DNA of 64,000 nt, taken from assembly GCA_002269645.1 (NCBI GenBank), contig NIVC01002252.1, positions 124,001 through 188,000 on the forward strand, written 5' to 3'. This document shows positions 24,593-38,694 of this stretch, piece after piece. The notes beneath the pieces were generated by a model. That model saw only the letters and a list, made by a program, of their open reading frames with translations. It was not told the DNA's origin and ran no database searches. How positions within the stretch are numbered: the stretch's first letter is position 1; the number at the start of each line of letters is the position of its first letter. Position numbers and translations under genes: made by a program. The stretch comes from Macrostomum lignano. Lineage: Eukaryota.

Positions 24593-26744
24593 TTAATCAT
24601 ACTCTTGTGTCCTTGACGTCAGTAAACTAACAAGCCTCTCTCCTGTCCATCTCAGGGTGCTCATATGTCTTGCGGCTTCTATTTCGCTAATTAAAGCTTG
24701 CGGGCCCCGCACATTTTTGTTCCTGTACGAGTTAGTTGGACTGTCCATCGTCCAGTGTTCCATTTCTGCCGGAGTGAGCACTTGCACCTGTCAGTCAGTT
24801 ACCACGCTCCGCTGGACTGGGAGCAAATCATTTTTTTGTAGATCAATATACCCGTACTACATGAGCGCTACAATGTAAAACAATGCTTGCTACCTGCTCT
24901 TGTTTCTTCATGTCGCTAAACTGATCCAACATACTTATAGTTGGCTATCATAAAAGTATATTGCGCATACATGCCTTTTCTACATGCATATATAGTGCAT
25001 GCAAATTTATATAGAGGAATTTGGTGAAACATTATGGAAAGAGGGAGACAGGGTTGTGAGATAAAAAGAGCGCTAGAAGCAGGACTTTGTTCGCTGGTGG
25101 TCTTGATAAAGAGAGGTTGGAGATTAAGAGGTGAGAAAGAGAGAGGAGGAGAGCAGAGAGAGCAGAGAGGGAGGCAAAGAAAACGGATAAGGATAAAAAA
25201 CGTGTGAAGTTAGAAAGTTTCAGAGGGAGAGAGGAAGAGGGAGCGAAGTATTGAAGTGGAAGGGGTAGAGAGAGGAGATTGTGGATTGTGGGTAAGATGA
25301 TAGAAAAGGGAGAGGGAGAGAGGGTAGAGAGGAGAGAGGTGGAGAGGGTAGAGATGGGGGAGGAAGAGAAGATATAGAGAGGGGAGAGGGCGGATAGGGA
25401 GAGGAGAGAAGGAGAGAAGGTAGAGAGGGGAGAGAGAATTGAGATGTGTGTAGGTCATCGCAGCTAAGCCAGCAACTCTGTAGCTAGCAGTAACCATTGC
25501 ATAAGTACTCGACTTACAGTAATAACAGGGGGCAAAAAGCACTTTACGGTTGCCATGCCAGCGTTGAATGCCGATTCAAGGAGTCCCAAACAAGAGGGGT
25601 GAATGATGAAAAGAAAGGGAGAGTGGGCAGTCCCTCTCTAACGAACTGCCTGACTACCTTTGCAGAATTGGGAAAATTAAATTACAGCTCAGGCCGTCCG
25701 GTTGCGTCCCTGTGTAGTTTAGTGTAGACGCAGCTGCTGCGCGCCATCAAGTGTATTAATTTACTTCATTTGCCATCGCTTCGCGCTTGGATAGTGAAAA
25801 ACAAATGTAATATTATATAGTAAGCATAGTTTACTATGAACCATGAATTCGCGTAATATAATGCTCATAATCTGATTTCTGTTCCTTCCTATTTTGTTCT
25901 TTTTGAATTGTTTTCAAAAATTGTGTTTTCCAATCTGTTAGACAAAACAGCATCAAACCTGTTAGATACAACAGCTTCAAACCTGTTAGATACAACAGCT
26001 TCAAACCTGTTAGACAAAACAGCATCAAACCTGTTAGATACAACAGCTTCAAACCTGTTAGATACAACAGCTTCAAACCTGTTAGATACAACAGCTTCAA
26101 ACCTGTTAGATACAATAGCCTCAAACCTGTTAGATACAACAGCTTCAAACCTGTTAGACAAAACAGCATCAAACCTGTTAGATACAACAGCTTCAAACCT
26201 GTTAGATACAACAGCTTCAAACATGTTAGATACAACAGCTTCAAACCTTTTAGATACAGCAGCATCAAACTTGTTCGATACAAAAGCATTTAATCTGTTA
26301 GAGATCATGACAACAATATCTAAATTGTCTAAAATTTAGATATTGCAAAAATATAAAAAATGAGCATCTAGCAAAAATGAGCAAATTTAATGAAACAAAA
26401 GCATTAGTAAGCAGAAGCCTATCTTTGCAGACTTGTTTTGTACTTTAGTGTCACAAAGCGCTCATACCTGCAAAGTCGAATTTGTAAATTAGCAAAGTGT
26501 TGTATACTTTCACTTTTATAAGTCTGTCAAGAATACATCTACATATATATGCTCTGAAACAATCTGTGGTGACCTCTAAAAAATAAATCGCAATGCCCTT
26601 GATGTGATAATAGGTAAGCATCTTACTTATTTTGAAAAAACGGACAAAAGGTCGCAGCATGGTGAGCAAAAAGCTTTAGAAAAAAGTACAATACTTTAAC
26701 CTGCGTTGAACTAATTGTCAGATAATTCGCACACTTGCATAATC
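24593..26744 (-). CDS. Possible unrecognised multi-exon gene; candidate exons 26744-26701, 26523-26468, one ending at 25518, and 24787-24593
   Basis: Canonical splice signals and open, locally phase-consistent exons. No family recognised and the middle junction is unresolved. Confidence 0.28.
25930..26300. repeat. 24-bp minisatellite (AAACCTGTTAGATACAACAGCTTC)
   Basis: Tandem copies. Confidence 0.95.
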
Positions 26745-26764
26745 CTATTTACTGTGTTTTGAAT

Positions 26765-27760
26765 TGATGCTAATCCTCATGACCAGAAGGGAACCAACCC
26801 TCATGACCAGAGAGGAACCAATCCTCATGACCATAGAGGAACCAATCCTCATGACCATAGAGGAACCAATCCTCATGACCATAGAGGAACCAATCCTCAT
26901 GACCAGAAAAGAATCAACCCTCATGACAATAGAGGAACCAATCCTCATGACCATAGAGGAACCAATCCTCATGACCATAGAGGAACCAATCCTCATGACC
27001 AGAAGGGAACCAATCCTCATGACCATAGAGGAAACAATCCTCATGACCATAGAGGAACCAATCCTCATGACCATAGAGGAACCAATCCTCATGACCAGAG
27101 AGGAACCAATCCTCATGACCAGAGAGGAACCAATCCTCATGACCATAGAGGAACCAATCCTCATGACCAGAAAAGAATCAACCCTCATGACCATAGAGGA
27201 ACCAATCCTCATGACCAGAGAGGAACCAATTTTCATGACCAGAGAGGAACCAATCCTCATGACCAGAAGGGAACCAACCTCAATGACTAGAGAGGAACCA
27301 ACCTCAATGACTAGAGAGGAACCAACCCTCATGACCAGAGCGGAACCAATTCTCATGACCAAAGAGGAACCAATCTTCATGACCAGAGCGGAACCAATTC
27401 TCATGACCAGAGAGGAACCAATCTTCATGACCAGAGAGGAACCTCATGACCAGAGAGGAACTAACCTCAATGACCAGAGAGGAACTAACCTCATGACCAG
27501 AGAGGAACTAACCTCAATGACCAGAGAGGAACCAACCCTCATGACCAGAGCGGAACCAACTCTTATGACCAGAGAGGAACCAATCTTCATGACCAGAGAG
27601 GAATCTTATGACCAGAGAGGAACTAACCTCAATTACCAGAGCGGAACCAACCCTCATGACCAGAGTGGAACCAATCTTCATGACCAGAGAGGAACCTTAT
27701 GACCAGAGAGGAAATAACCTCAATGACCAGAGAGTAACCGATCTTAATGACCAAGAGCGG
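26765..27760. repeat. 24-bp minisatellite (CTCATGACCAGAGAGGAACCAATC)
   Basis: Tandem copies. Confidence 0.95.
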
Positions 27761-27927
27761 AATCTGAGCTGCATGACTGAATAAATAATCTTCTAAACTT
27801 GATTCCCAGCACAATCGCAAAAGAAAAATTGACAACATAAAAATATGCGAAATCTTTAATCTAGTGTCCTTCAATGCACAGCAACTGAAATCAACCAAGT
27901 GAGGAGGAAATTATTACATTATCAGCA

Positions 27928-29663
27928 TCACAGCAGACAGCACGCCGAAGTCGCGAGTTCGAATCGCCGACTCGAAGCGACGCCAGCTGCTCGAGTTTTT
28001 TCGGCGGCGGCGGCTCGCAGGCCGCACAGCATCGCCTTGCCGCTCTTCTCCAGGTGCACGCGCCTGTTCAAGCCGTACACGTGCAGCCGGTGTCGGCGCA
28101 TCGGTGGCGGCGGCAGCGGTGGTCGAATTCTCTGATCTTCTTCTAAACCGACTCTCGATGACGCGGTCGGGGTCGGTGGCGTCGGCGCGGACTCGAGCCA
28201 GCCGAAGTCACAGCAGCAGACGGGAATGCGGCGAACCGAATGCCGCTGAAGCAGCAGGCGGGTGCTGGCCGATCGGCAGCCGGAAGCCAGGAGGCGATGT
28301 CGGGCGAGTAGGAAGTCGCTGGCGACCGACAGGCCCGGTGGACAGCCGGCCGGCAGGCGGACTGTTGGGCCCGTCTTGGTCGAATGGGTATCGGCAGGAT
28401 TTTGGAGCAATGCAATTTTTCATTGGTTTAACGGCCTCGAAAGTGAATAAAAAGTAGCGCGTGCTGGTGCCCTCAGCGAGGACACAACTACAGACAGACG
28501 CCCTCAGCGAGGACACAACTACAGACAGACGCCCTCAGCGAGGACACAACTACAGACAGACGCCCTCAGCGAGGACACAACTACAGACAGACGCCCTCAG
28601 CGAGGACACAACTACAGACAGACGCCCTCAGCGAGGACACAACTACAGACAGACGCCCTCAGCGAGGACACAACTACAGACAGACGCCCTCAGCGAGGAC
28701 ACAACTACAGACAGACGCCCTCAGCGAGGACACAACTACAGACAGACGCCCTCAGTGAGGACACAAGGACACATACGTACAGGCGTAAGCACACCCACAG
28801 ACGAAAAGTATGAGAGCAAGCACTTCACCAACCTGACGATGGACAATGCACCCGTCGGCTTCAGTGAGCTTGTGAGACGGCAGCTCTGTACCATTGAGCA
28901 CCACGTAGTCCACGGCCAGTGTCCAGGTCACGTGCACCAGCTGGTAGCGCTTCAGCCGGCCAGAGCCCGCGCATTCCAGACATTCAACGCCGACTGCGCG
29001 ACCGCGGCAGGCCGGGCAACGAATCGATCCGCGGCCGGAGCAGACCAGACAGCGCAGCGGGTCGTCGATCGTCGACGATGAGCGTCGAACAGACGAGCAA
29101 GTCGACGTTGACGAGGAATGATTGCTGTACGATGCTCGGCCGAAGCCGCAACCGCCGCCGATGCCACCGCCGCCGCTCCCGCCGCGGCACCCGTAGCAGG
29201 CGATGCTGCCTTTTCGTCGGCACCTGCGGCAAGCCGTGTAGCCGACGCCGTAGCAGCGCGGACAGGCGAAGGCCTCCTCGCTGTGCGGCAGCGACAGCAG
29301 GCACTCGGCCTCGCTGAACGGCTCCGGCAGCGGGCGCTTGAGGTCCCAGGTGTCCGGCGGGTCGCCCTCCAGCCGACTGTCGAGGCGGCCGCCCATGTAG
29401 GGCATGAATCGGTCCTGGACGGTGTGGCATTCGAACCAGCTGGCCAAGGTGTACACGAACGCCTCCGAATAGCCGATGCCGGTGAGGCTGAGCGACTTCA
29501 TCGCCGCCCCGGCTGGGTAGCACCAGCAGCACCACCGGCTGGTTAGGTGCTCCGACAGCAGCTCGCGAAGGTCGTCCTCAGTTAAGAATGACTGGCGCTG
29601 ATCCTGCTGACGGCGACGCTGAAGCTGCTGGTCATCGTCGCCATTTTCCTCTTCGACTTCCAT
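27928..29663 (-). CDS. SSUH2: SSUH2-like protein with DnaJ-type CxxCxGxG zinc-finger repeats; exons 29663-28833, 28374-27928
   Basis: CPRCYGVG, CRRCRRKG, CLVCSGRG, CPACRG, CLECAGSG, then LLLQRHSVRRIPV and HVYGLNRRV, ending CCLL*. Phase-0 intron (CAG|GTTGGT..CCAAG|ACG). Confidence 0.8.
28470..28765. repeat. 31-bp minisatellite (GACGCCCTCAGCGAGGACACAACTACAGACA) in the SSUH2 intron
   Basis: Perfect tandem copies. Confidence 0.97.
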
Positions 29664-30594
29664 CGTTTCCGCAATTGTCTTTGATTTTCAATCGACTCTG
29701 GTCTCTCTCTCTCTCTTCTCTCTCTCTCTATATATATAGCTAGATAGATTTATTCAACGAAAGACGAGTGGGCGTCTTCAGTTTTGTTGAATCGAGTGGA
29801 ATGCGAGGTCTGACTCGGGCCGGTCTCGAACCCGCCTACACCTCTCTCTCCCTGGCTCTGCCTCTGGGTCTCTCTTTCTCTCGGCGAAATCGATAATTTC
29901 CTGCTCACCTTGCAGGTATAAGTGGTGGGTGGCCTTCTACTAGTATTTTGGCTCAGTCTATCCGTTCTGCTCTGGCTGCTGCCTGCCTGCCTGTCTCTCT
30001 TTCATTCTCTCTCAACTCGCATGCAACCCCTTTTGTAGCCTTAGATGCAGGATTGCAGTTTGATGCAGGCAGCAGCTGCGGCTCCCATGCAGCTCCCAGC
30101 CTGGCAGCATGGGCTGGCTGGGATAGGGGGAGCGAGGTGGAAGAGGGGTGGCTCAGTCCTGGGGTTGGCCCCCGTGAGGCGAGACAGTTTTCCCATTCTC
30201 ACCGCCCGCTCCCCTCTCTTGCTCAGATCCCCATCAAGACTTCACAATGCGGTCGGCCGTCAATATATGAAACGGCTGAGTTGAGTGCTAGGCTTGAGTA
30301 CCCTACCTCTCTACTATTGTGCGCTCAATCAGCCACTGTCAGCCTATCCCGACCCCCTCTGCCGAGATTCCTTGCATCCGGGTACAAGGTAGACAAAAGG
30401 CGGCGGAGACTGTGAGCGGGGGTGGGCAGGAACAGCCAGGACCCGATCAAAATCTGAGAGGCCACGGAGCTGCGCTAAAAAACTCTCCTTTTCTCCCCCC
30501 ACTATAGCCCTGATCCATGCAATCCCGCTAACCTTAAAATATCGGCACTCTTGCAAAGAGACACCGTTTGGCGTATGCTTGAGAATGAGGGAGG

Positions 30595-30870
<276 letters not shown>

Positions 30871-31069
30871 GTTGAGAATGGGATTTACGCATATATTACA
30901 TGCTAATAATTAATTGCTTAGCTGCATTCAAATATTATAGTTTTATGAGTGCATTGTGTCCACAAGCTTTGTGTGTCTTGTTTCGATAGAAGAGCTTATT
31001 TGCGTCTTTGTGTATTGCCGATGATGTTTATCTATGTATTGTTGTCTTGCTGATGGTCTTATAAATGTA

Positions 31070-32010
31070 TTTGTGTCTTTGCCGAAAGGCGCGTTTATTC
31101 ATGAATTTGTGTCTTTGCCGAAAGAGGTGTTTATTAATGAATTTGTGCCTTTACCGAAGGGGGTGTTTATTAATGAATTTGCGTCTTGCCGAAGGGGTGT
31201 TTATTCATGAATTTGTGTCTTGCCGAAGGGGTGTTTATTCATGAATTTGTGTCTTGCCGAAGGGGTGTTTATTCATGAATTTGTGTCTTGCCGAAGGGGT
31301 GTTTATTCATGAATTTGTGTCTTGCCGAAAGGGGTGTTTATTCATGAATTTGTGTCTTTGCCGAAAGAGGTGTTTATTAATGAATTTGTGCCTTTACCGA
31401 AGGGGGTGTTTATTAATGAATTTGTGTCTTGCCGAAGGGGGTGTTTATTCATGAATTTGTGTCTTGCCGAAAGGGGTGTTTATTCATGAATTTGTGTCTT
31501 GCCGAAGGGGTGTTTATTCATGAATTTGTGTCTTGCCGAAGGGGTGTTTATTCATGAATTTGTGTCTTGCCGAAAGGGGTGTTTATTAATGAATTTGTGT
31601 CTTGCCGAAGGGGTGTTTATTCATGAATTTGTGTCTTGCCGAAGGGGGTGTTTATTCATGAATTTGTGTCTTGCCGAAGGGGGTGTTTATTAATGAATTT
31701 GTGTCTTGCCGAAGGGGGTGTTTATTCATGAATTTGTGTCTTGCCGAAGGGGGTGTTTATTCATGAATTTGTGTCTTGCCGAAGGGGGTGTTTATTCATG
31801 AATTTGTGTCTTGCAGAAGGGGGTGTTTATTCATGAATTTGTGTCTTGCCGAAGGGGTGTTTATTCATGTATTTATAACTTGCCGAAGGGGGTGTTTATT
31901 AATGAATTTGCGTCTTGCCGAAGGGGTGTTTATTCATGAATTTATGTTATTGCCGAAAGGGGTGTTTATTAATGAATTTGTGCCTTTACCGAAGGGGTGT
32001 TTATTCATGT
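31070..32010. repeat. Minisatellite of about 32-34 bp (TTGCCGAAGGGGTGTTTATTCATGAATTTGTGTC)
   Basis: Tandem copies. Confidence 0.95.
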
Positions 32011-32474
32011 ATTTTTATGTCTGCATCGGCTTTGCTTTGAGGGTTAAATACGGACATGAGTAAGCATTTTTATGAGCATAAAGATATCGATATTTTACAA
32101 GAAAGGAATGTTTTTATTGATGAATTCAACTTTCAGAAAGCTGTGCGTAGTATTTGCAGCGCCATGCCACAAGTGCACAAAAAGGCGAGGTTCATGCACC
32201 TGGTGTTTAAATCAATTTTCCTAACTCAGGTAGCTTTTTCAAAAAGAGCTTTTTACCCAGGGAAAATTTATTGCCGCATTGATTAAAGCTCTTCCCAGTG
32301 ACACCGCCCACGCAATGACATCAATTTTGTTGCTAAAGCAAACAGCTCCAGACCTCGTCGCTAAGTCCAAAATTACCAGCCTTTTGGATTTGGTTAATTT
32401 TTGCATAGAAATTTGATGATGAATAATAATCAAAGAATGTGCGTATCTACCTACTGCTGATGACTATTTGAACA

Positions 32475-35110
<2,636 letters not shown>

Positions 35111-35454
35111 CAATAGCTTGTAGGTATTCTCTAAACACTTTAGTTACCTTTCAGAAGCTGAACATATTGAAACAAATCCTGTTTGACTTTGCGTGGGCGG
35201 GTGTCTTCAGTCTTAACCAATAATTTAAAGCCCGGGCGGTATACCAAATAAATAAAAAGTCGACAGCAGCAAAGTAAACATTGCGACCAAGAGAAGCCCG
35301 ATTCCTAAATGCGGTGGCAATAAAATCGGACTGGGCAGTGGGCTTTTCGAGAGATTTATTAGGGTAAACCACAGTCAATAGGTAAGTAGAATGTAAAACT
35401 GCTCACTTGGTCTTGATCAATCAACAATATTTTTATTTGAGCCTCTACGTTCTC

Positions 35455-35468
35455 TAGACAGACAGACC

Positions 35469-35500
<32 letters not shown>

Positions 35501-35525
35501 CACAGACAGACAGACAGACAGACAC

Positions 35526-35560
<35 letters not shown>
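35455..35560. repeat. (CAGA)n microsatellite
   Basis: Direct reading. Confidence 0.95.
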
Positions 35561-36334
35561 CAAATCGATGGACCTGTCTTTATTTTCTGCTGCCCGATTT
35601 TATTCAGATTGTTATGCATTGTAAACGTTTGCAATGCCCACCAGCACACGTACACACTCGCTCACAATACTGGCAATAGCTAATGCTAGATAGATTGGAC
35701 TCCAAGGTCGAGAGGGCATACTTCAGCTATAGCTACATGTTTAGCAGGGCTAATATAGACCCAGTGATCCTCGGATCTGGGAGTTTCCCAATCCTCAATT
35801 ACAGCAGCAGCCCACGCTCCATCTTAAGAATCGAGCCAGCTGGCTTCCAACAGACCGCGCAAGCTGCAGTTAAGCCGAAGTCAAATGCCCTGGATTTGCC
35901 TAGCATTTCCAGACTGAAAAGTGCTCATCTAATCCGCGCGAGAAAGAGGAGAAAGGATAAATAATCGCATGGATTAACTGTAGGGTCAAATGCATTATAG
36001 CGACAAGCTATAGAGATCAGCTAGGCCGAGGATCTGGCCAAAACGAAAACGAATTTTACTTAGCAAATACGGAGATAAAGTTGCAGACATAGTTATACTC
36101 ATACGAAGAATTAAAGGGAAACGAGAGTGAACACATTTTGTAGTTTAGTTAGACTTGCAGTATGCGATAAAATAGGCAAACTATTCCAAAAACATTTGGC
36201 CTATGCTCGTACATGAGCAAAATTGAGGGAGCAAATTATAAACCGCATGTACACAGCGACAACTGAAGCAGAAGGACGCTAAACTGCATTTTCTTAGAAA
36301 TTATTTGGAGGCCGGTCACTCGTGTGTCACTCGC

Positions 36335-36940
36335 TGTTGGTGTATCACTCCCTGCATTGATGTGTAACTCCCTGCATTAGTGTCATGATCCCTGCACTGG
36401 TGTGTCACTCCCTGCAACTGGTGTCACTCCCTGCATTGGTGTATCACTTCCTACACTGGTGTGTCACTCCCTGCACTGGTGTGTCACTCCCTGCACTGGT
36501 GTATCACTCCCTGCACTGGTGTATCACTCCCTGCACTGGTGTATCACTCCCTGCATTGATGTGTAACTCCCTGCATTAGTGTCATGATCCCTGCACTGGT
36601 GTGTCACTCCCTGCAACTGGTGTCACTCCCTGCACTGGTGTATCACTTCCTACACTGGTGTGTCACTCCCTGCACTGGTGTGTCACTCCCTGCACTGGTG
36701 TGTCACTCCCTGCACTGGTGTGTCACTTCCTGCACTGGTGTATCACTCCCTGCACTTGTGTAGTATCACTCCTTGCACTGGTGTATCACTCCCTGCACTA
36801 GTGTCACTCCCTGCACTGGTGTATCACTCCCTACACTAGTGTAGTATCACTCCTTGCACTGGTGTATCACTCCCTGCACTAGTGTGTCACTCCCTGCACT
36901 GGTGTATCACTCCCTACACTAGTGAGTCACTCCCTGCACT
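36335..36940. repeat. 20-bp minisatellite (CACTCCCTGCACTGGTGTGT)
   Basis: Tandem copies. Confidence 0.93.
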
Positions 36941-37025
36941 TTTATATGGTATGTATACGAGCGTACATGGGTAGATTTAATGAGATTTCCACCGTTTTAT
37001 GTACATGTATGTCACTGTCTGTATT

Positions 37026-37100
37026 GTCCTGGTAGCTCAGTCCCAGTGATCGAGCGCGGCGCTATGATGTGCCTGCGGCCCAGGCTCGATTCCAAGTGCA
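37026..37100 (+). mobile_element. Degenerate tRNA-like SINE head
   Basis: A-box-like TAGCTCAGT..GAGC and B-box-like GGCTCGATTCC at tRNA-like spacing. Confidence 0.4.
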
Positions 37101-37314
37101 GTCACATTAATTTGGGGCTAAATTGGAATCTCGGCTTGGCTCTGCTCGTGCAATTAAGGGCCTTGAAAGCCAACCCAAGGCACAGTGAAGTGTACATGCC
37201 TAACAATAAATAAAGTTAGGGCCGCTGTACACTGTGCCTGGGCAGGTAGGTCGGTAAAATGGGTAGTAATGCCTCTCGCCGGTCGTGTCACTTAATGTCG
37301 CTTGAAGGGGATAG

Positions 37315-38395
37315 CGACGTTTGCCTGCGGGACGTTTGCCAGCCAACATTAAGTCAGTGAGTGAAAATACTGAAATATTCGCAGTTTAGCGGATTGAAAA
37401 AAAGTTTTTCTAGTCCAACTTTTTGACGGTTATTCGCACGTATAAAAATTCGAAAACAAAATCTATACAAATTATGCAGTTCATCAATCTAGCATCTAGT
37501 TTAACAACAATTTCTTTGAATGTGAAAACATTATAAAGTTTACTTCTGACAGTTTTGTATCGCTTTTCCCAGTTTGAGATGTTTGATTTCTGATTTGCGA
37601 ATCAAGACACGCAAATTTAAACCGGAATCTCCAGCGAGCAAAGTTTTGGGCAAATAAAAGACCTGCTGAACGATAATTCTGGCTTATATATTTATTTCCC
37701 AGTTCATTTGGAGATCCAAAAGTAAGCGAATTAATTCCAGTGCAGCTTGTCAAGTGCACGCTGTCATGGCCAAACTCCGTTAAGCAGAGTTTGGCTTTTG
37801 AGTTAAGTATATATATGCGAGACTAAGACAATACCATTATGGATGTCTCAGTCTTTTCCCATTTAGCCTGTTTGGCCACATGAGATGGAAAAGGCCATTC
37901 CATGGCATACATAGACATCAACTATGACGATGGAAACTCCTATTTTGTATTTTTAATTTACCTTTCTTTTTAGGCAGACAAGAGCAATAACTTCAATAAG
38001 CCTGAACAGTAGTTTGTTAGTAACCTGTATATATTTAATAGCAGTAGTAGGGAGCGAGGTGAAATTAGATTAGTGCTGTGCCGACAGTTTTCAAATGCAA
38101 GTACATGTAAGCCTAGAGAGGGCATTACTTCTTTAACCAATTGCCGCCTGCAAATGTCCCGCTGGTAAACGTCGTCTGGCAAACGTCGGCTGGCAAACAT
38201 CCCACAGGCAAACATCCCACAGGCAAACGTCCTGCAGGCAAACATCCCACAGGCAAACGTCGGCAGGCAAGCGTCCTGCAGGCAAACATCCCACAGGCAA
38301 ACATCCCACAGGCAAACGTCCTGCAGGCAAACGTCCCGCAGGCAAACATCCCGCAGGCAAACATCCCGCAGGCAAACGTCGGCAGGCAAGCGTCG
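37315..38395. mobile_element. Non-autonomous foldback-like DNA transposon with subterminal tandem repeats
   Basis: Termini CGACGTTTGCCTGC and GCAGGCAAGCGTCG (13/14 inverted match), TAG directly flanking both ends, and a 17-18-bp subterminal repeat expanded at 38150-38395. Confidence 0.7.
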
Positions 38396-38694
38396 TAGAC
38401 CCGCTTGAAGTGCGCAAGGGTGCACAAAGCCCCCTGACTTTAACTGGTCCAACAAACTGAAAGGCACAAATAATCAAAAATAGTTGCAGCAATTAATAGA
38501 GTTTTATAGAAGTTTAACAAATATTGATAAATGCGAAAGCAGAACGAACGATGGCAAAACGGAAACGGGTTTATTAAAGAATTACCTTGAGATTAAGATA
38601 AGATATATGCAAATACACCTTAAAGAAGGCGTGTCCTTCATCAATGGCATCAGCCCTCGAGTTTCATACAACCCGAATAGTTATTCAATTTGAA

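Noticed and set aside
29808-29840. Pol III gene from the perfect - strand B box (GGTTCGAGACC)
   Set aside because: No A box or cloverleaf was found at the proper spacing; at most a SINE remnant.
32239-32433. RuvC-like motif (VILDLATRSGAV) in a - strand ORF suggesting a TnpB/Fanzor or resolvase
   Set aside because: The ORF is only 64 codons with no further catalytic motifs or transposon context; the match is superficial.
35155-35391. TAA reassignment or readthrough (three in-frame TAA in one + frame ending at a GTAAGT donor)
   Set aside because: EXOC5 and PDI terminate at TAA in the same window, and the segment has no recognisable homology and overlaps a probable repeat remnant.
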